This document shows, piece by piece, positions 24,589 through 32,928 of a DNA stretch of 35,156 bases (positions within the stretch are counted from its first letter, which is position 1; each line of letters opens with the position of its first letter). The DNA comes from a virus (Duplodnaviria; Caudoviricetes): positions 1 to 35,156 of the IMG/VR virus record IMGVR_UViG_3300044676_003227. The stretch is one strand, 5' to 3'. The notes beneath the pieces were generated by a model that ran no database searches, was not told where the DNA came from, and saw only the letters and a list, made by a program, of their open reading frames with translations. The position numbers and the translations under genes are program-made.

Positions 24589-25748
24589 TGCCTCTTGACG
24601 GGTTTTTACAAGGAATGGCATCTTTTGGCGAAGGGCTTGAAAGGTTTGGTCAACGGGCTGGCGGTTCGTATGATGAAATAATGAGAAAGAAAGATGAGGA
24701 ATGGCAGCGCGGCAACGTGATAGACGCTATTGCCCACCTTAACGACATTAACCAAAACAGGCCAGAAAGAGCTATGGAGCGCATGGCTAATCAGCTTACA
24801 GCGAAACAAGGCGCAGGTAAGGGCATATCCGAAAGCCTAGCTGTTGGCGATATGCTTATGGCTGGTGATCTTGAGGGTGCTAGGGCTGAGTTTGAGGATG
24901 TGGTTAGGGGTGGTATAGCTAAAGGATTGATAAAAGAAGATGACCAGATTAAGGGTATATTGAATTTTGGCAGTAAAAACAAGACGGACATTAACAAGTC
25001 TTTCCAGCCCGTTACTCTTATTAACGATGAGACAGGAGAAAAAAAGCTAGTAGCACCCATTGTTACTGATGACGGCAAGGCTTATCTTGAAAATTATGAT
25101 ATTCCAGAAGGGTTTAGGGTATCTATGGAGACTGCCGAAGAAAAGCGCAGAGCAGACAGGCTGGCCAATAGGAATAAGTTTTCAGACGAGGAAAACTTTA
25201 CTTACATCTCCGAGGGGCAGACCTCAGCAGACAACCTTGCTCAAGTTAGGCGCGGCATTGACCTGCTGAAACAGGTTGAAACTGGCGGGACAGCAGGTCT
25301 AAGTCTTAAAGCTAAAAACTTTTTTGGGATAGAGAACGCTGACGAGGCCGAAGTATCAAATATACTATCTACCAACGTCTTGAAACAATTGAAGCCAACT
25401 TTCGGCAGTCAGTTTACCGCTGACGAAGGTAAAATGTTGATAGATATTCAGGCAAATATAGGTAAGTCACAAGAGGGTAACTTGCGGCTTCTTGAGCGTA
25501 CCCTGGAGATATATCGGCGCGGGGCAAAGCGGGGTATAGATTCAGCTCTAGCTATCGAGGATTATGCGGCGGCGGCCAGAATTAAAGAGGCTATGGACTT
25601 CAGGTTGGGTATGGAGGAGTTTGCCGATGATGTGGGTGGTCAGCGGAATACGGGAGGCATTTTGCCTCCTAGTGGTGGTGGCCTTTCGCCAGAGCAGGCG
25701 CAGAGACTTGAAGTGTTGCGTCAAAAGCGAGCGGCGGGAACTATATAG
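24588..25748 (+). CDS. Ejection (DNA transfer) protein
   Basis: Helical 386 aa; LKQLKPTFGSQFTADEG; translationally coupled on both sides. Confidence 0.65.
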   Translation: MPLDGFLQGMASFGEGLERFGQRAGGSYDEIMRKKDEEWQRGNVIDAIAHLNDINQNRPERAMERMANQLTAKQGAGKGISESLAVGDMLMAGDLEGARAEFEDVVRGGIAKGLIKEDDQIKGILNFGSKNKTDINKSFQPVTLINDETGEKKLVAPIVTDDGKAYLENYDIPEGFRVSMETAEEKRRADRLANRNKFSDEENFTYISEGQTSADNLAQVRRGIDLLKQVETGGTAGLSLKAKNFFGIENADEAEVSNILSTNVLKQLKPTFGSQFTADEGKMLIDIQANIGKSQEGNLRLLERTLEIYRRGAKRGIDSALAIEDYAAAARIKEAMDFRLGMEEFADDVGGQRNTGGILPPSGGGLSPEQAQRLEVLRQKRAAGTI

Positions 25749-27649
25749 TGGCACTCACTGAATTAGAGGAGCTGGAATATCTTGAGTTGCTGGAGTTGGC
25801 GGCTGCGTCTGAGCAGGCTCAGCAGCCACAGGCAGCGCCTAACCCTGAAATAGCGGTGGCAGGACAGCAGTTGGCAGATGGTGGTATGTTTGAGAAAATT
25901 ATAGAGCCTGCTGCTACTATGTTGAGTGGTGGTCTAAGCATGGCTGGCGGAGGATTGGCTGGTCTAGTATCTGCGCCGTTTGTTGGTCTTGATGAGGCCG
26001 CTAATATATCCAAGGAAGTTAGCAACCGGATACCCACTTACTCACCACAAACACAGTCAGGGCAAGAAGGGCTTGAGAATTTTAGCGCGGCTTTTGATAT
26101 AGCCAGCGATGTTGTTCGCGCTCCAGCCTCAGCCCTCGGCGCTGTAACTGAGCTGGTTGCTGGTCAAGGTGAAGATCAGGCTAGAGATACCATGCGTAGC
26201 ATTCAGGAGGATGGTATAAGGGAGACAATGGGTGAGCGTGGGTTTGAGTTAGGAGGGCCAGCACTAGGAACATTCATGAAAATGCTTCCAGACCTATACC
26301 TAGCATTTTCCTCTATAGCAAAGTCTGGAAAGCAAGTCTCCGATAAGGTTAGCACAATAGCGGCGGCAACTCCAGACGGGGCGCAGAGAAGCGTACTTGC
26401 TATTGCTGACGATCTTGGCGTACCAGTCCTAACAACAGACATTTTTCCCCCGCAAACGTATATGGGTAGGCTGGCTGCCTCTATTTCAGACAAGCTAGGC
26501 CCGCTTGGTACTGGTGGAAAAAGGACTGTGCAGCAGAGGGGTCGAGTGGAGGCTGTAACTGGAATGGCTGACGAGATGGGAATTGATTTAAATACCCCAT
26601 TTGCTGAGTCTATCGTAAAATCTGTGACAGCTAAAAGCGCAAAGGTTATGGAGAAGGCTGGGATTCAAAGGTCGCAAGCGATTACCGCTATTGATAGATA
26701 TGGAGATTTTGACGCTCCAAGATCAATTAAGGCGGCAGACGATGTTATTGCAAAGGAGTTAATGCTAGGCGAGAAGGCTAATATGGCCATTATTGACGAT
26801 GCAACAAAGTTTAAGAGCGAAATTACAAAGCCTTCTGACTTTAGCTTAAAAGCTGCACATAGAACGAAATTGATAAAGGATAGGGCGAAATACGGTCGCT
26901 CGGAAGACGTAGACCCTGCTGTTGCTGCACAAACTCTAAAATCTGCGCTTGACAAGGACATGATTGCCTTTGCTAGAACTAAAGATAAGGCAGCAACAAA
27001 AGCGTGGCTAGACTCTAACAGAAAATTTGCGGCAGAGGCAGATATAAGCAAGCGTACCACTATGAGGCAAATACTTGAGTCTGGTGATGTAAAGCCAGAG
27101 AGCGTATTAACCATGCTCAAGGGCGGTAAGTTGAGCGAGCTAGAAAGGCTGCATTCTGGATTGGGTGTAAAGGGACGCACTAACGCAAAAAAAGCTCTTA
27201 TACAGCAAGCACTTAAAGATTCTGGATTCTTTAAAACAGATGTAGCACCAAACCCTGATGCTTTTGTAACAGCGCTTAATAGGCCAAACTTTCAGCAGGC
27301 AGCTAGAGTATTCTTTAAAGGTTCCGATAAGGCAGAGCTGGATGGTGTTGCTAGGTTTTTAGATGCCACGCGCAAGGCGCAGGAGAGCCAGCACCTTGTT
27401 AGGACTGGTGAAATTGCTGGTGTAGCTGGAGGAATACTAGCAACGAGCTTCTCTGCTGCTGCATCGCCTTGGATAACTGCTGGCGTGGTAGGTACTGCTA
27501 TGGCTCTGATTAAGTCTTACGAAAGTCCTGTCGTAAGAAATATGCTAATAAAGCTACGCAACGCAGCCCCTGGAAGCCAGCAAGAGCTTACGCTGATAGA
27601 GAAGATAAACGCCGCGCTAGTGGCTGAAACAGCAAGAGAGACGGAATAA
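25748..27649 (+). CDS. Large ejection (DNA transfer) protein, gp16-like position
   Basis: 633 aa; hydrophobic G/A segments; YESPVVRNMLIKL C-terminus. Confidence 0.7.
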   Translation: MALTELEELEYLELLELAAASEQAQQPQAAPNPEIAVAGQQLADGGMFEKIIEPAATMLSGGLSMAGGGLAGLVSAPFVGLDEAANISKEVSNRIPTYSPQTQSGQEGLENFSAAFDIASDVVRAPASALGAVTELVAGQGEDQARDTMRSIQEDGIRETMGERGFELGGPALGTFMKMLPDLYLAFSSIAKSGKQVSDKVSTIAAATPDGAQRSVLAIADDLGVPVLTTDIFPPQTYMGRLAASISDKLGPLGTGGKRTVQQRGRVEAVTGMADEMGIDLNTPFAESIVKSVTAKSAKVMEKAGIQRSQAITAIDRYGDFDAPRSIKAADDVIAKELMLGEKANMAIIDDATKFKSEITKPSDFSLKAAHRTKLIKDRAKYGRSEDVDPAVAAQTLKSALDKDMIAFARTKDKAATKAWLDSNRKFAAEADISKRTTMRQILESGDVKPESVLTMLKGGKLSELERLHSGLGVKGRTNAKKALIQQALKDSGFFKTDVAPNPDAFVTALNRPNFQQAARVFFKGSDKAELDGVARFLDATRKAQESQHLVRTGEIAGVAGGILATSFSAAASPWITAGVVGTAMALIKSYESPVVRNMLIKLRNAAPGSQQELTLIEKINAALVAETARETE

Positions 27650-28968
27650 TGGCACGTTTAACAAACCCATACCCGCAGTTTATAGACTCAAACGATGAGA
27701 CTCTATCAGGTGCAAAGCTGTATTTTTACGAGGCTGGAACGCTTGTAGCTCAGAATACCTTTTCTGATGCTGCGCTGAGTACGGCTAACGCTAATCCAGT
27801 TGTGGCAGATGCGGCAGGCGGTGTACCTGACATATACTTGACCCCTACGGCGCTGTATCGAATTATTATTAACAGGGCTGATGGCACTTTATACAAGGAC
27901 ATTGATAACGTAGCCTCGTCAGAGGATACAAACGGATGGCCTGCATGGTCATCTACAACCACCTATAATATACCCGATATTGTTGTTGGTTCTGATGATA
28001 ATTTCTACAAGTCTACACAAGATTCAAACCTTAACCAAGACCCAACGTCTACAGCTGCTTATTGGGCGCAAGTTGACCTTGTTAATTATTACAATGCCAA
28101 TGTTGTCTACGCTCAAAATGATATAGTTTTGTCTGGCGGTATATTCTACAGAAGCCGAGTCAACTCAAACACTGGCAATACTCCATCCACAAGCCCTACA
28201 CAATGGGCGTTTTTATCTGCCGGACTTGGCACATGGAACGCTACTGAGTTTACTAGCTCTGGAACATTTACCAAGCCAGTGGAGGTGAGTAGGGCGCTAG
28301 TCTTGCTGGTGGGCGCTGGTGGCGGTGCTGGTGGACTAGCTTCTAACGGCGCTTCTGGTGGAGGCGGCGGCGGTGAAGTGCGATATGAGTTTGTAGAGGT
28401 GACAGACGATATTACTGTCACAATCGGCGCTGGTGGTGCTGGTGGTGCTCTTACCCCTGCCGCTGGCAGTGCTGGCGGCAACTCAACACTAACTGTGGGC
28501 GCTACATTAACGGCGCTTGGCGGCGGCGGTGGCGGGTTGGGTAGCGGAGCCGGTACTTCTGCACCATCAAATGCTGGCAATACTGGCGGGTCTGGATTTA
28601 GTGGCTCATCAAGAAGCGGTGGAGGTGGTGCTGGTGCTGGTGGCAATGCTCCAGCAATTAACGGCGACCCAAGAATTACGCCATCCACTAGAGGTTATGC
28701 TGGTGCTGATGGTGACTCTAGCAGTAGTTTAAATACTGCTGGCGGCCCTGGAAAGATGGGTTACGGTGGCGGCGGTTGTGGCGGTAGTGCAGCCACTGTT
28801 AATGCTATTGATGGCGGGGCGGGCACGACCACTAACGCAACGGGCGCGGCGGCTTCCGCTAACACTGGTGGCGGTGGCGGTGGCGTTCTTTCAACTGGCA
28901 GCGGATATGTCGGCGGTGCTGGTGGTTCTGGTTATTGCGTAATTTACACGTGGGAGTTTATAGCTTGA
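27649..28968 (+). CDS. Tailspike/fibre: head-binding N-terminus, two CBM5/12-like repeats, glycine-rich C-terminus
   Basis: PQFIDSN...GAKLYFYEAGT...NANPVVADAAG; WSSTTTYNIPDIV and YNANVVYAQNDIV repeats; GGGGG loops ending GGSGYCVIY. Confidence 0.85.
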   Translation: MARLTNPYPQFIDSNDETLSGAKLYFYEAGTLVAQNTFSDAALSTANANPVVADAAGGVPDIYLTPTALYRIIINRADGTLYKDIDNVASSEDTNGWPAWSSTTTYNIPDIVVGSDDNFYKSTQDSNLNQDPTSTAAYWAQVDLVNYYNANVVYAQNDIVLSGGIFYRSRVNSNTGNTPSTSPTQWAFLSAGLGTWNATEFTSSGTFTKPVEVSRALVLLVGAGGGAGGLASNGASGGGGGGEVRYEFVEVTDDITVTIGAGGAGGALTPAAGSAGGNSTLTVGATLTALGGGGGGLGSGAGTSAPSNAGNTGGSGFSGSSRSGGGGAGAGGNAPAINGDPRITPSTRGYAGADGDSSSSLNTAGGPGKMGYGGGGCGGSAATVNAIDGGAGTTTNATGAAASANTGGGGGGVLSTGSGYVGGAGGSGYCVIYTWEFIA

Positions 28969-29294
28969 AATATTCAATCATAAAAAACAACACTGTTATT
29001 GACGTTATCGAGTGTGATGATGACTTTGCCGCTGACTATTCAGCAAAGCATAATGTTGACGTTATATCAGACAGCACAGCGTTAAAGGGTTATGTAAAGT
29101 CTAACGGTGTATTTATGCCGCCAGAGCCTTCTTTATCTGAAATTAGGCGCGAAAAGATAAAAGCATTGAAGCAAGAGTATCAAGCGGAGGTTGAGGCCAA
29201 CGATCCGCTAACCACGAAGCTGAAAGATAAAATATCAGTTATCAATTTATCAGAAACTAAGGAAGAACTGGAACAGATAAAGTGGTTAGATTAG
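28965..29294 (+). CDS. Tail fibre assembly-like protein
   Basis: TTGA overlap, GGGAG RBS; GVFMPP and C-terminal EELEQIKW. Confidence 0.6.
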   Translation: MKYSIIKNNTVIDVIECDDDFAADYSAKHNVDVISDSTALKGYVKSNGVFMPPEPSLSEIRREKIKALKQEYQAEVEANDPLTTKLKDKISVINLSETKEELEQIKWLD

Positions 29295-29413
29295 CGCGTG
29301 AAGCTTTTGAGAGAAGGTCAAAAAAAGCGGGTAAACTTGAATTAATTATTAACGAATTAGCCATGCTTTCTTTTTTTGTTGGAATATATTTTATTTGCAT
29401 GGTGATTATATGA
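29282..29413 (+). CDS. 43-aa peptide with C-terminal TM segment, coupled to the holin (not in ORF track)
   Basis: GTG start, MVRLAREAFERRSKKAGKLELIINELAMLSFFVGIYFICMVII*; ATGA overlap with the holin. Confidence 0.5.
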   Translation: MVRLAREAFERRSKKAGKLELIINELAMLSFFVGIYFICMVII

Positions 29414-29712
29414 TAGAAAAGTTGTTGGCGTATATTGGCGACTTTGTGGCTTACTCGATACCCGCAATGGCTGGCGGAATAGTGGATTACCTTAACCAGA
29501 TTAACAGGGGTGATAAATCGTGGAGCTTCTTTGGGTTTCTCACCCACTTATGCGCTGCAATGTTCTTTGGATGGTGTGCTGGTAACGTGGTTTATGGATT
29601 AGGGTACTCTGCTGGCGTTGTAGCGGCCTCTGGCGGTATCGGGGGCTTTCTTGGTACTCGCATATCAGACTTAATTATATTCAAGATCATGGATATTGAT
29701 AGAAGGAGCTAG
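29410..29712 (+). CDS. Holin (LydA-like, about 3 TM segments)
   Basis: AMAGGIVDYL, AAMFFGW, AASGGIGGFLG; 100 aa at the end of the late operon. Confidence 0.8.
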   Translation: MIEKLLAYIGDFVAYSIPAMAGGIVDYLNQINRGDKSWSFFGFLTHLCAAMFFGWCAGNVVYGLGYSAGVVAASGGIGGFLGTRISDLIIFKIMDIDRRS

Positions 29713-29864
29713 TGCGTTTCTTGGTTTCTCTTTGCCTCTTTCCTAAATCGCTTATTCAGCGCCCGCTTAATCTTCTTTAGCCTTTTACCCGCCCAATGAT
29801 GCAAGGGGCGAGAGCAGATAGCATCGTACTCGTCGCCGGATTTAAGTTTCTGCTTATTCGTCAT
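29709..29864 (-). CDS. 51-aa basic protein (not in ORF track)
   Basis: MTNKQKLKSGDEYDAIC...KKIKRALNKRFRKEAK; overlaps the upstream gene end and the holin stop. Confidence 0.65.
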   Translation of the reverse strand: MTNKQKLKSGDEYDAICSRPLHHWAGKRLKKIKRALNKRFRKEAKRNQETH

Positions 29865-30054
29865 CCGTATTCCAAAAGCAATGAATGGTAACAGCGTTCA
29901 TAAGAGCCATAGCGCCCAAAGCTAACTGAGGCTCTGATAAGCCGTCAGTCCATAGCGGCATAGGCTCGCCGCTCTCATCGAAATAAACGATCATGCAGTC
30001 ACCAAGCTCCTGTACCTCTACCTCTCCGCCGTTTATGCTCTTTACGTCACCCAT
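29854..30054 (-). CDS. Hypothetical protein
   Basis: 66 aa, overlapping both neighbours. Confidence 0.65.
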   Translation of the reverse strand: MGDVKSINGGEVEVQELGDCMIVYFDESGEPMPLWTDGLSEPQLALGAMALMNAVTIHCFWNTDDE

Positions 30055-30424
30055 TGTTCATGCTGTCCTTTAGCAGCTCTAAGTAGTGTATTGCCTTGTT
30101 TATATCCTCAATGCCGCCCTTGTCTTTATAGCGGCAAACATACTTAATCACATTGCCCTCACAAAATCCTAGACTATTAGCCAGTGTAAACTCGATAGGC
30201 TGTATCTTCATAGTCTTGTAGTGACCACCTCCAACCTGTACGTCCAGGGCGCTCTCTGCGTCTGGTATAATTCCAGCCTCCTCCTGCTTCTGTAGCACAA
30301 GCCTTGCGTTATTAGCCTCCTCTTGGCTTTTAAACGGCCCTGCCTCCTCGATTAAATCACCATCCTCATCATTCCAGAACACATGATATTCTCCTGACTC
30401 CGCATCTCTCTCGACTGTAAACAT
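30047..30424 (-). CDS. DUF3310 protein (T7 gp1.7 nucleotide-kinase-like) with acidic N-terminal domain
   Basis: QVGGGHYK...IQPIEF...FCEGNVIKYVCR..DKGGIEDINKAIHYL; ATG 30424 with GGGAG RBS. Confidence 0.85.
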   Translation of the reverse strand: MFTVERDAESGEYHVFWNDEDGDLIEEAGPFKSQEEANNARLVLQKQEEAGIIPDAESALDVQVGGGHYKTMKIQPIEFTLANSLGFCEGNVIKYVCRYKDKGGIEDINKAIHYLELLKDSMNNG

Positions 30425-30425
30425 A

Positions 30426-31589
30426 TCACTCTCCCTCTGGCAGATCGTAAATGTGGCGACTATGCCGCCCCTTGGTTTTATGTAGCGTAATGAGTGACAT
30501 AGACTGAGAAGCTCCATAACCCGCCCCAGAATGCCAAGCATCGGGTGGTGCTAATGTATTAAATGACTCCACCGTACATCCGTCATGCTCTATAACGCGC
30601 TCATGGTGGATATGACCTGTAATCCATCGTCTAAATCGAGTGCGGCCCCATGCCTCTGCCTGATCTCTAGCCATGACAGATACAAGTCTAGCAGGCTTTA
30701 TCTTGTCTCCGTGGTTTACGCCAATCAAATGCCGCCCCCACTCAAGATAGTGAAACATTCCTATGGTGTCTTTAACGTCTACGCGAGGTTCTTTGTCATA
30801 ATAGAAATTAAGCATTAAGGCAACAGCAACAGCAGGCTCTGGGTTGTGATTCCCTTTCGCTATAATAACCACAACATTCTTATACTTGGTTAGCATCTTA
30901 TCTATGCAGTAGCGCATAACCATACCAGCAGCCCTTAAAATCCGTGGAAAGCGTGTATCAACATCTAAGGCTGTTCCTTTGGCTGTAGCGTTATCTGATG
31001 TATTGGCGTGCATGAAGTCACCAACATCGACAAGAACCCCTGTCTCGGAGTTTGGCGACCTCTCTACAAGATCATCAATAGCTGCTCGAATATCTCGACA
31101 AGCTATATCGGTATCAAAGTCGGTCTTTCCTGTTTCTTCGTGCCAAGCGTACATACCGACATGAGCATCTCCAATAACAATCATCGACATTAAATCTTTA
31201 TCGTGCTTGAGCTTTGGCTTTACAGTCTTCTTTGCTTTGCCCTTAACATCCTCAAGAAATCCAGCCATGTACTCTTTAAAGGCTTCTTGCTGATTCTCTT
31301 TGTTTTGCTCTTGAATTACCCACTGCTGATTGATCTGCCCATCTTCATTGTAATTTGTGGAGACTCTTTTAATGCCGAAACCTGGAGCAGTTGGATTGGT
31401 AAAGTCATTGTCTGGAGCGTAGCCGGAAGATGCCGCCTTTTTCTTTACCGATAATATGCCTGTATCAACCGCCCTCCTACCAATGCCAAGCGCTTTGGCT
31501 GCCCTAGTATTGCTGCCATGCTTGTTAACGGCATCAATGTACTCTGCCTGCCTATCGGTTGCGTATTCTTTTAGCTTTACATCAATCAT
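30426..31589 (-). CDS. Calcineurin-like metallophosphoesterase with N-terminal HTH-like segment
   Basis: GDAHVG, GDFMH, GNHN, HGD, GHIHH; N-terminal SNTRAAKALGIGRRAV. Confidence 0.9.
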   Translation of the reverse strand: MIDVKLKEYATDRQAEYIDAVNKHGSNTRAAKALGIGRRAVDTGILSVKKKAASSGYAPDNDFTNPTAPGFGIKRVSTNYNEDGQINQQWVIQEQNKENQQEAFKEYMAGFLEDVKGKAKKTVKPKLKHDKDLMSMIVIGDAHVGMYAWHEETGKTDFDTDIACRDIRAAIDDLVERSPNSETGVLVDVGDFMHANTSDNATAKGTALDVDTRFPRILRAAGMVMRYCIDKMLTKYKNVVVIIAKGNHNPEPAVAVALMLNFYYDKEPRVDVKDTIGMFHYLEWGRHLIGVNHGDKIKPARLVSVMARDQAEAWGRTRFRRWITGHIHHERVIEHDGCTVESFNTLAPPDAWHSGAGYGASQSMSLITLHKTKGRHSRHIYDLPEGE

Positions 31590-31610
31590 AGATACTCCCC
31601 TAAACCGTTA

Positions 31611-31619
31611 ATTATACCA
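31611..31619 (-). promoter_or_regulatory. Extended -10 promoter for the phosphoesterase-DUF3310 unit
   Basis: TGGTATAAT on the - strand, about 21 nt upstream of the ATG, with GGGGAG RBS. Confidence 0.6.
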
Positions 31620-31877
31620 CTATTTTTTAGGTCTTACCCCTTTATTCTCTGGATTAAACGCCCTGCCTAAGTTCTTGCGCTGGCGCTCTACATTTTCTGC
31701 TCGTGTCATATTAAGCCGCATATCTTCATTGCAAAGACCCTCCTCTATCTTTTGAATTTCACCCCCGTTATCTAAGAAGTCCTTAATATCTGCATCTATC
31801 TTTTTTTGGTCGCCGCTCGGCTTAACTGAGGCCATGTGCTTCCAGGTGATAATATCTATTATATCGTCTTTATTCAT
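31620..31877 (-). CDS. Small protein with SutA RNAP-binding-domain-like motif
   Basis: IDADIKDFLDNGGEIQKI; ATGA overlap start at 31877. Confidence 0.55.
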   Translation of the reverse strand: MNKDDIIDIITWKHMASVKPSGDQKKIDADIKDFLDNGGEIQKIEEGLCNEDMRLNMTRAENVERQRKNLGRAFNPENKGVRPKK

Positions 31878-32344
31878 TGGCTTCCTAGCCCTCGTAGTGC
31901 TATATGCTTTAGCTTTACGTGCCAATCGGGAACCTCCATGAGCAGCCTATGCGGATAATGACTCTCTCGATAAACCGCGCCGTTATTATCTGCTATGCAG
32001 TGGCCATCTCCGCAAGAGAAATTAACAACTATGTGGTTTATTTTGCCTGTATTTAATGTGTCTGCGTACCACAGCGTAGGTTCAATCTCCGGCATAACCT
32101 TATCATAGCGGCTTTTAAGAGTAACGGCGTAGTCGTCGCAGTCACCGCTCACAGCTCCAGTCTCCGGCAACTCTCGCCAGGTATCAACCACATCTGGCTC
32201 ATAAGTAAATCTCTGCTTTAGCAGCCACGCCTCATCGTGCGCCCTTGTATCTATGCTTCCGCAACCTGTTAAAAGCAGAAACAAGGCGCAACCAATTATT
32301 ATTACTATTAGACTGGTGTACGCTTCGTTATCGTGCCATTTCAT
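31874..32344 (-). CDS. Lipoprotein with transglutaminase-like cysteine protease domain (BTLCP/C93-like)
   Basis: Hydrophobic stretch plus LTGC lipobox; FTYEPD...W...GDCDDYA...HIVV...ADN Cys-His-Asp triad. Confidence 0.75.
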   Translation of the reverse strand: MKWHDNEAYTSLIVIIIGCALFLLLTGCGSIDTRAHDEAWLLKQRFTYEPDVVDTWRELPETGAVSGDCDDYAVTLKSRYDKVMPEIEPTLWYADTLNTGKINHIVVNFSCGDGHCIADNNGAVYRESHYPHRLLMEVPDWHVKLKHIALRGLGSQ

Positions 32345-32347
32345 AAT

Positions 32348-32587
32348 TTATTCCGATGATTTGTTTTTCATAGCCTTCCACTTAGCCAATACACTATACT
32401 CAGGCTCGCCAGTTTGCAAGACTTTTTCAAGTATTTTTAAGCTATCCCCATCTGGCCATAGTCTACCCTTCTTATCTCGGCGCGTCTTTACAGTATCAAT
32501 AGCCTTTAAAACCGTTGCTCTTTGCGCCACAAAAGATGGGATAACTTCGCCTATCTCTTGCATTCCTAACCCTTCTAAGCTTTCCAT
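32348..32587 (-). CDS. Hypothetical protein
   Basis: 79 aa; TAGGAG RBS. Confidence 0.7.
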   Translation of the reverse strand: MESLEGLGMQEIGEVIPSFVAQRATVLKAIDTVKTRRDKKGRLWPDGDSLKILEKVLQTGEPEYSVLAKWKAMKNKSSE

Positions 32588-32589
32588 TC

Positions 32590-32926
32590 TCTATCTCCTA
32601 AGTGGGGTCATATTCTATATGTATATGGGTATCGTGCAAGATAACATCAAAGCACACGCCGAGTCTGTTACGCAACTTCTCTGCTACTTTTTCAGCCTCG
32701 CCTTGAGCAAAATAATTTGTCCTGCAATCAATTGCCAAGCCGTAATAGTGAAAGCTGCCAGCAGAGTGAGTACCATCCAGTCCGCAAGTTATAACAAGCT
32801 CTTGACCAAACTCTCGCCATATTGCATCTGCTGTCTTTAGTGCTGGCCTCATTCGTATATCAAGACCTGCTAATGTTGCCCCTTCTTTAATCTTCATTTC
32901 TATCTCCTATACCTTGTTAGTGGGGT
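32590..32926 (-). repeat. Imperfect direct repeats flanking M15 copy 2 (32590-32608 and 32899-32926)
   Basis: On the - strand, ACCCCACT-TAGGAGATAGA versus ACCCCACT-aacaaggta-TAGGAGATAGA. Confidence 0.8.
32598..32897 (-). CDS. Small M15-type Zn peptidase (endolysin candidate), copy 2
   Basis: SFHYYGLAID and HIHIE; near-identical protein to 1381-1677. Confidence 0.8.
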   Translation of the reverse strand: MKIKEGATLAGLDIRMRPALKTADAIWREFGQELVITCGLDGTHSAGSFHYYGLAIDCRTNYFAQGEAEKVAEKLRNRLGVCFDVILHDTHIHIEYDPT

Positions 32927-32928
32927 GA

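Noticed and set aside
26665-28688. Long antisense ORFs (26665-27180, 28146-28688 and similar elsewhere)
   Set aside because: Shadows of well-supported + strand genes; the poly-Pro content mirrors Gly codons, and no motifs are recognisable.
30425-30541. N-terminal extension of the DUF3310 ORF given in the track
   Set aside because: Overlaps the phosphoesterase by over 100 nt; ATG 30424 has an RBS and abuts the upstream stop.
32253-32840. 195-aa + strand ORF
   Set aside because: Antisense to three coherent - strand genes and has no recognisable features.
1381-32897. M15 pair as inverted terminal repeats or misassembly
   Set aside because: Similarity stops at the gene boundaries and synonymous sites are heavily diverged.
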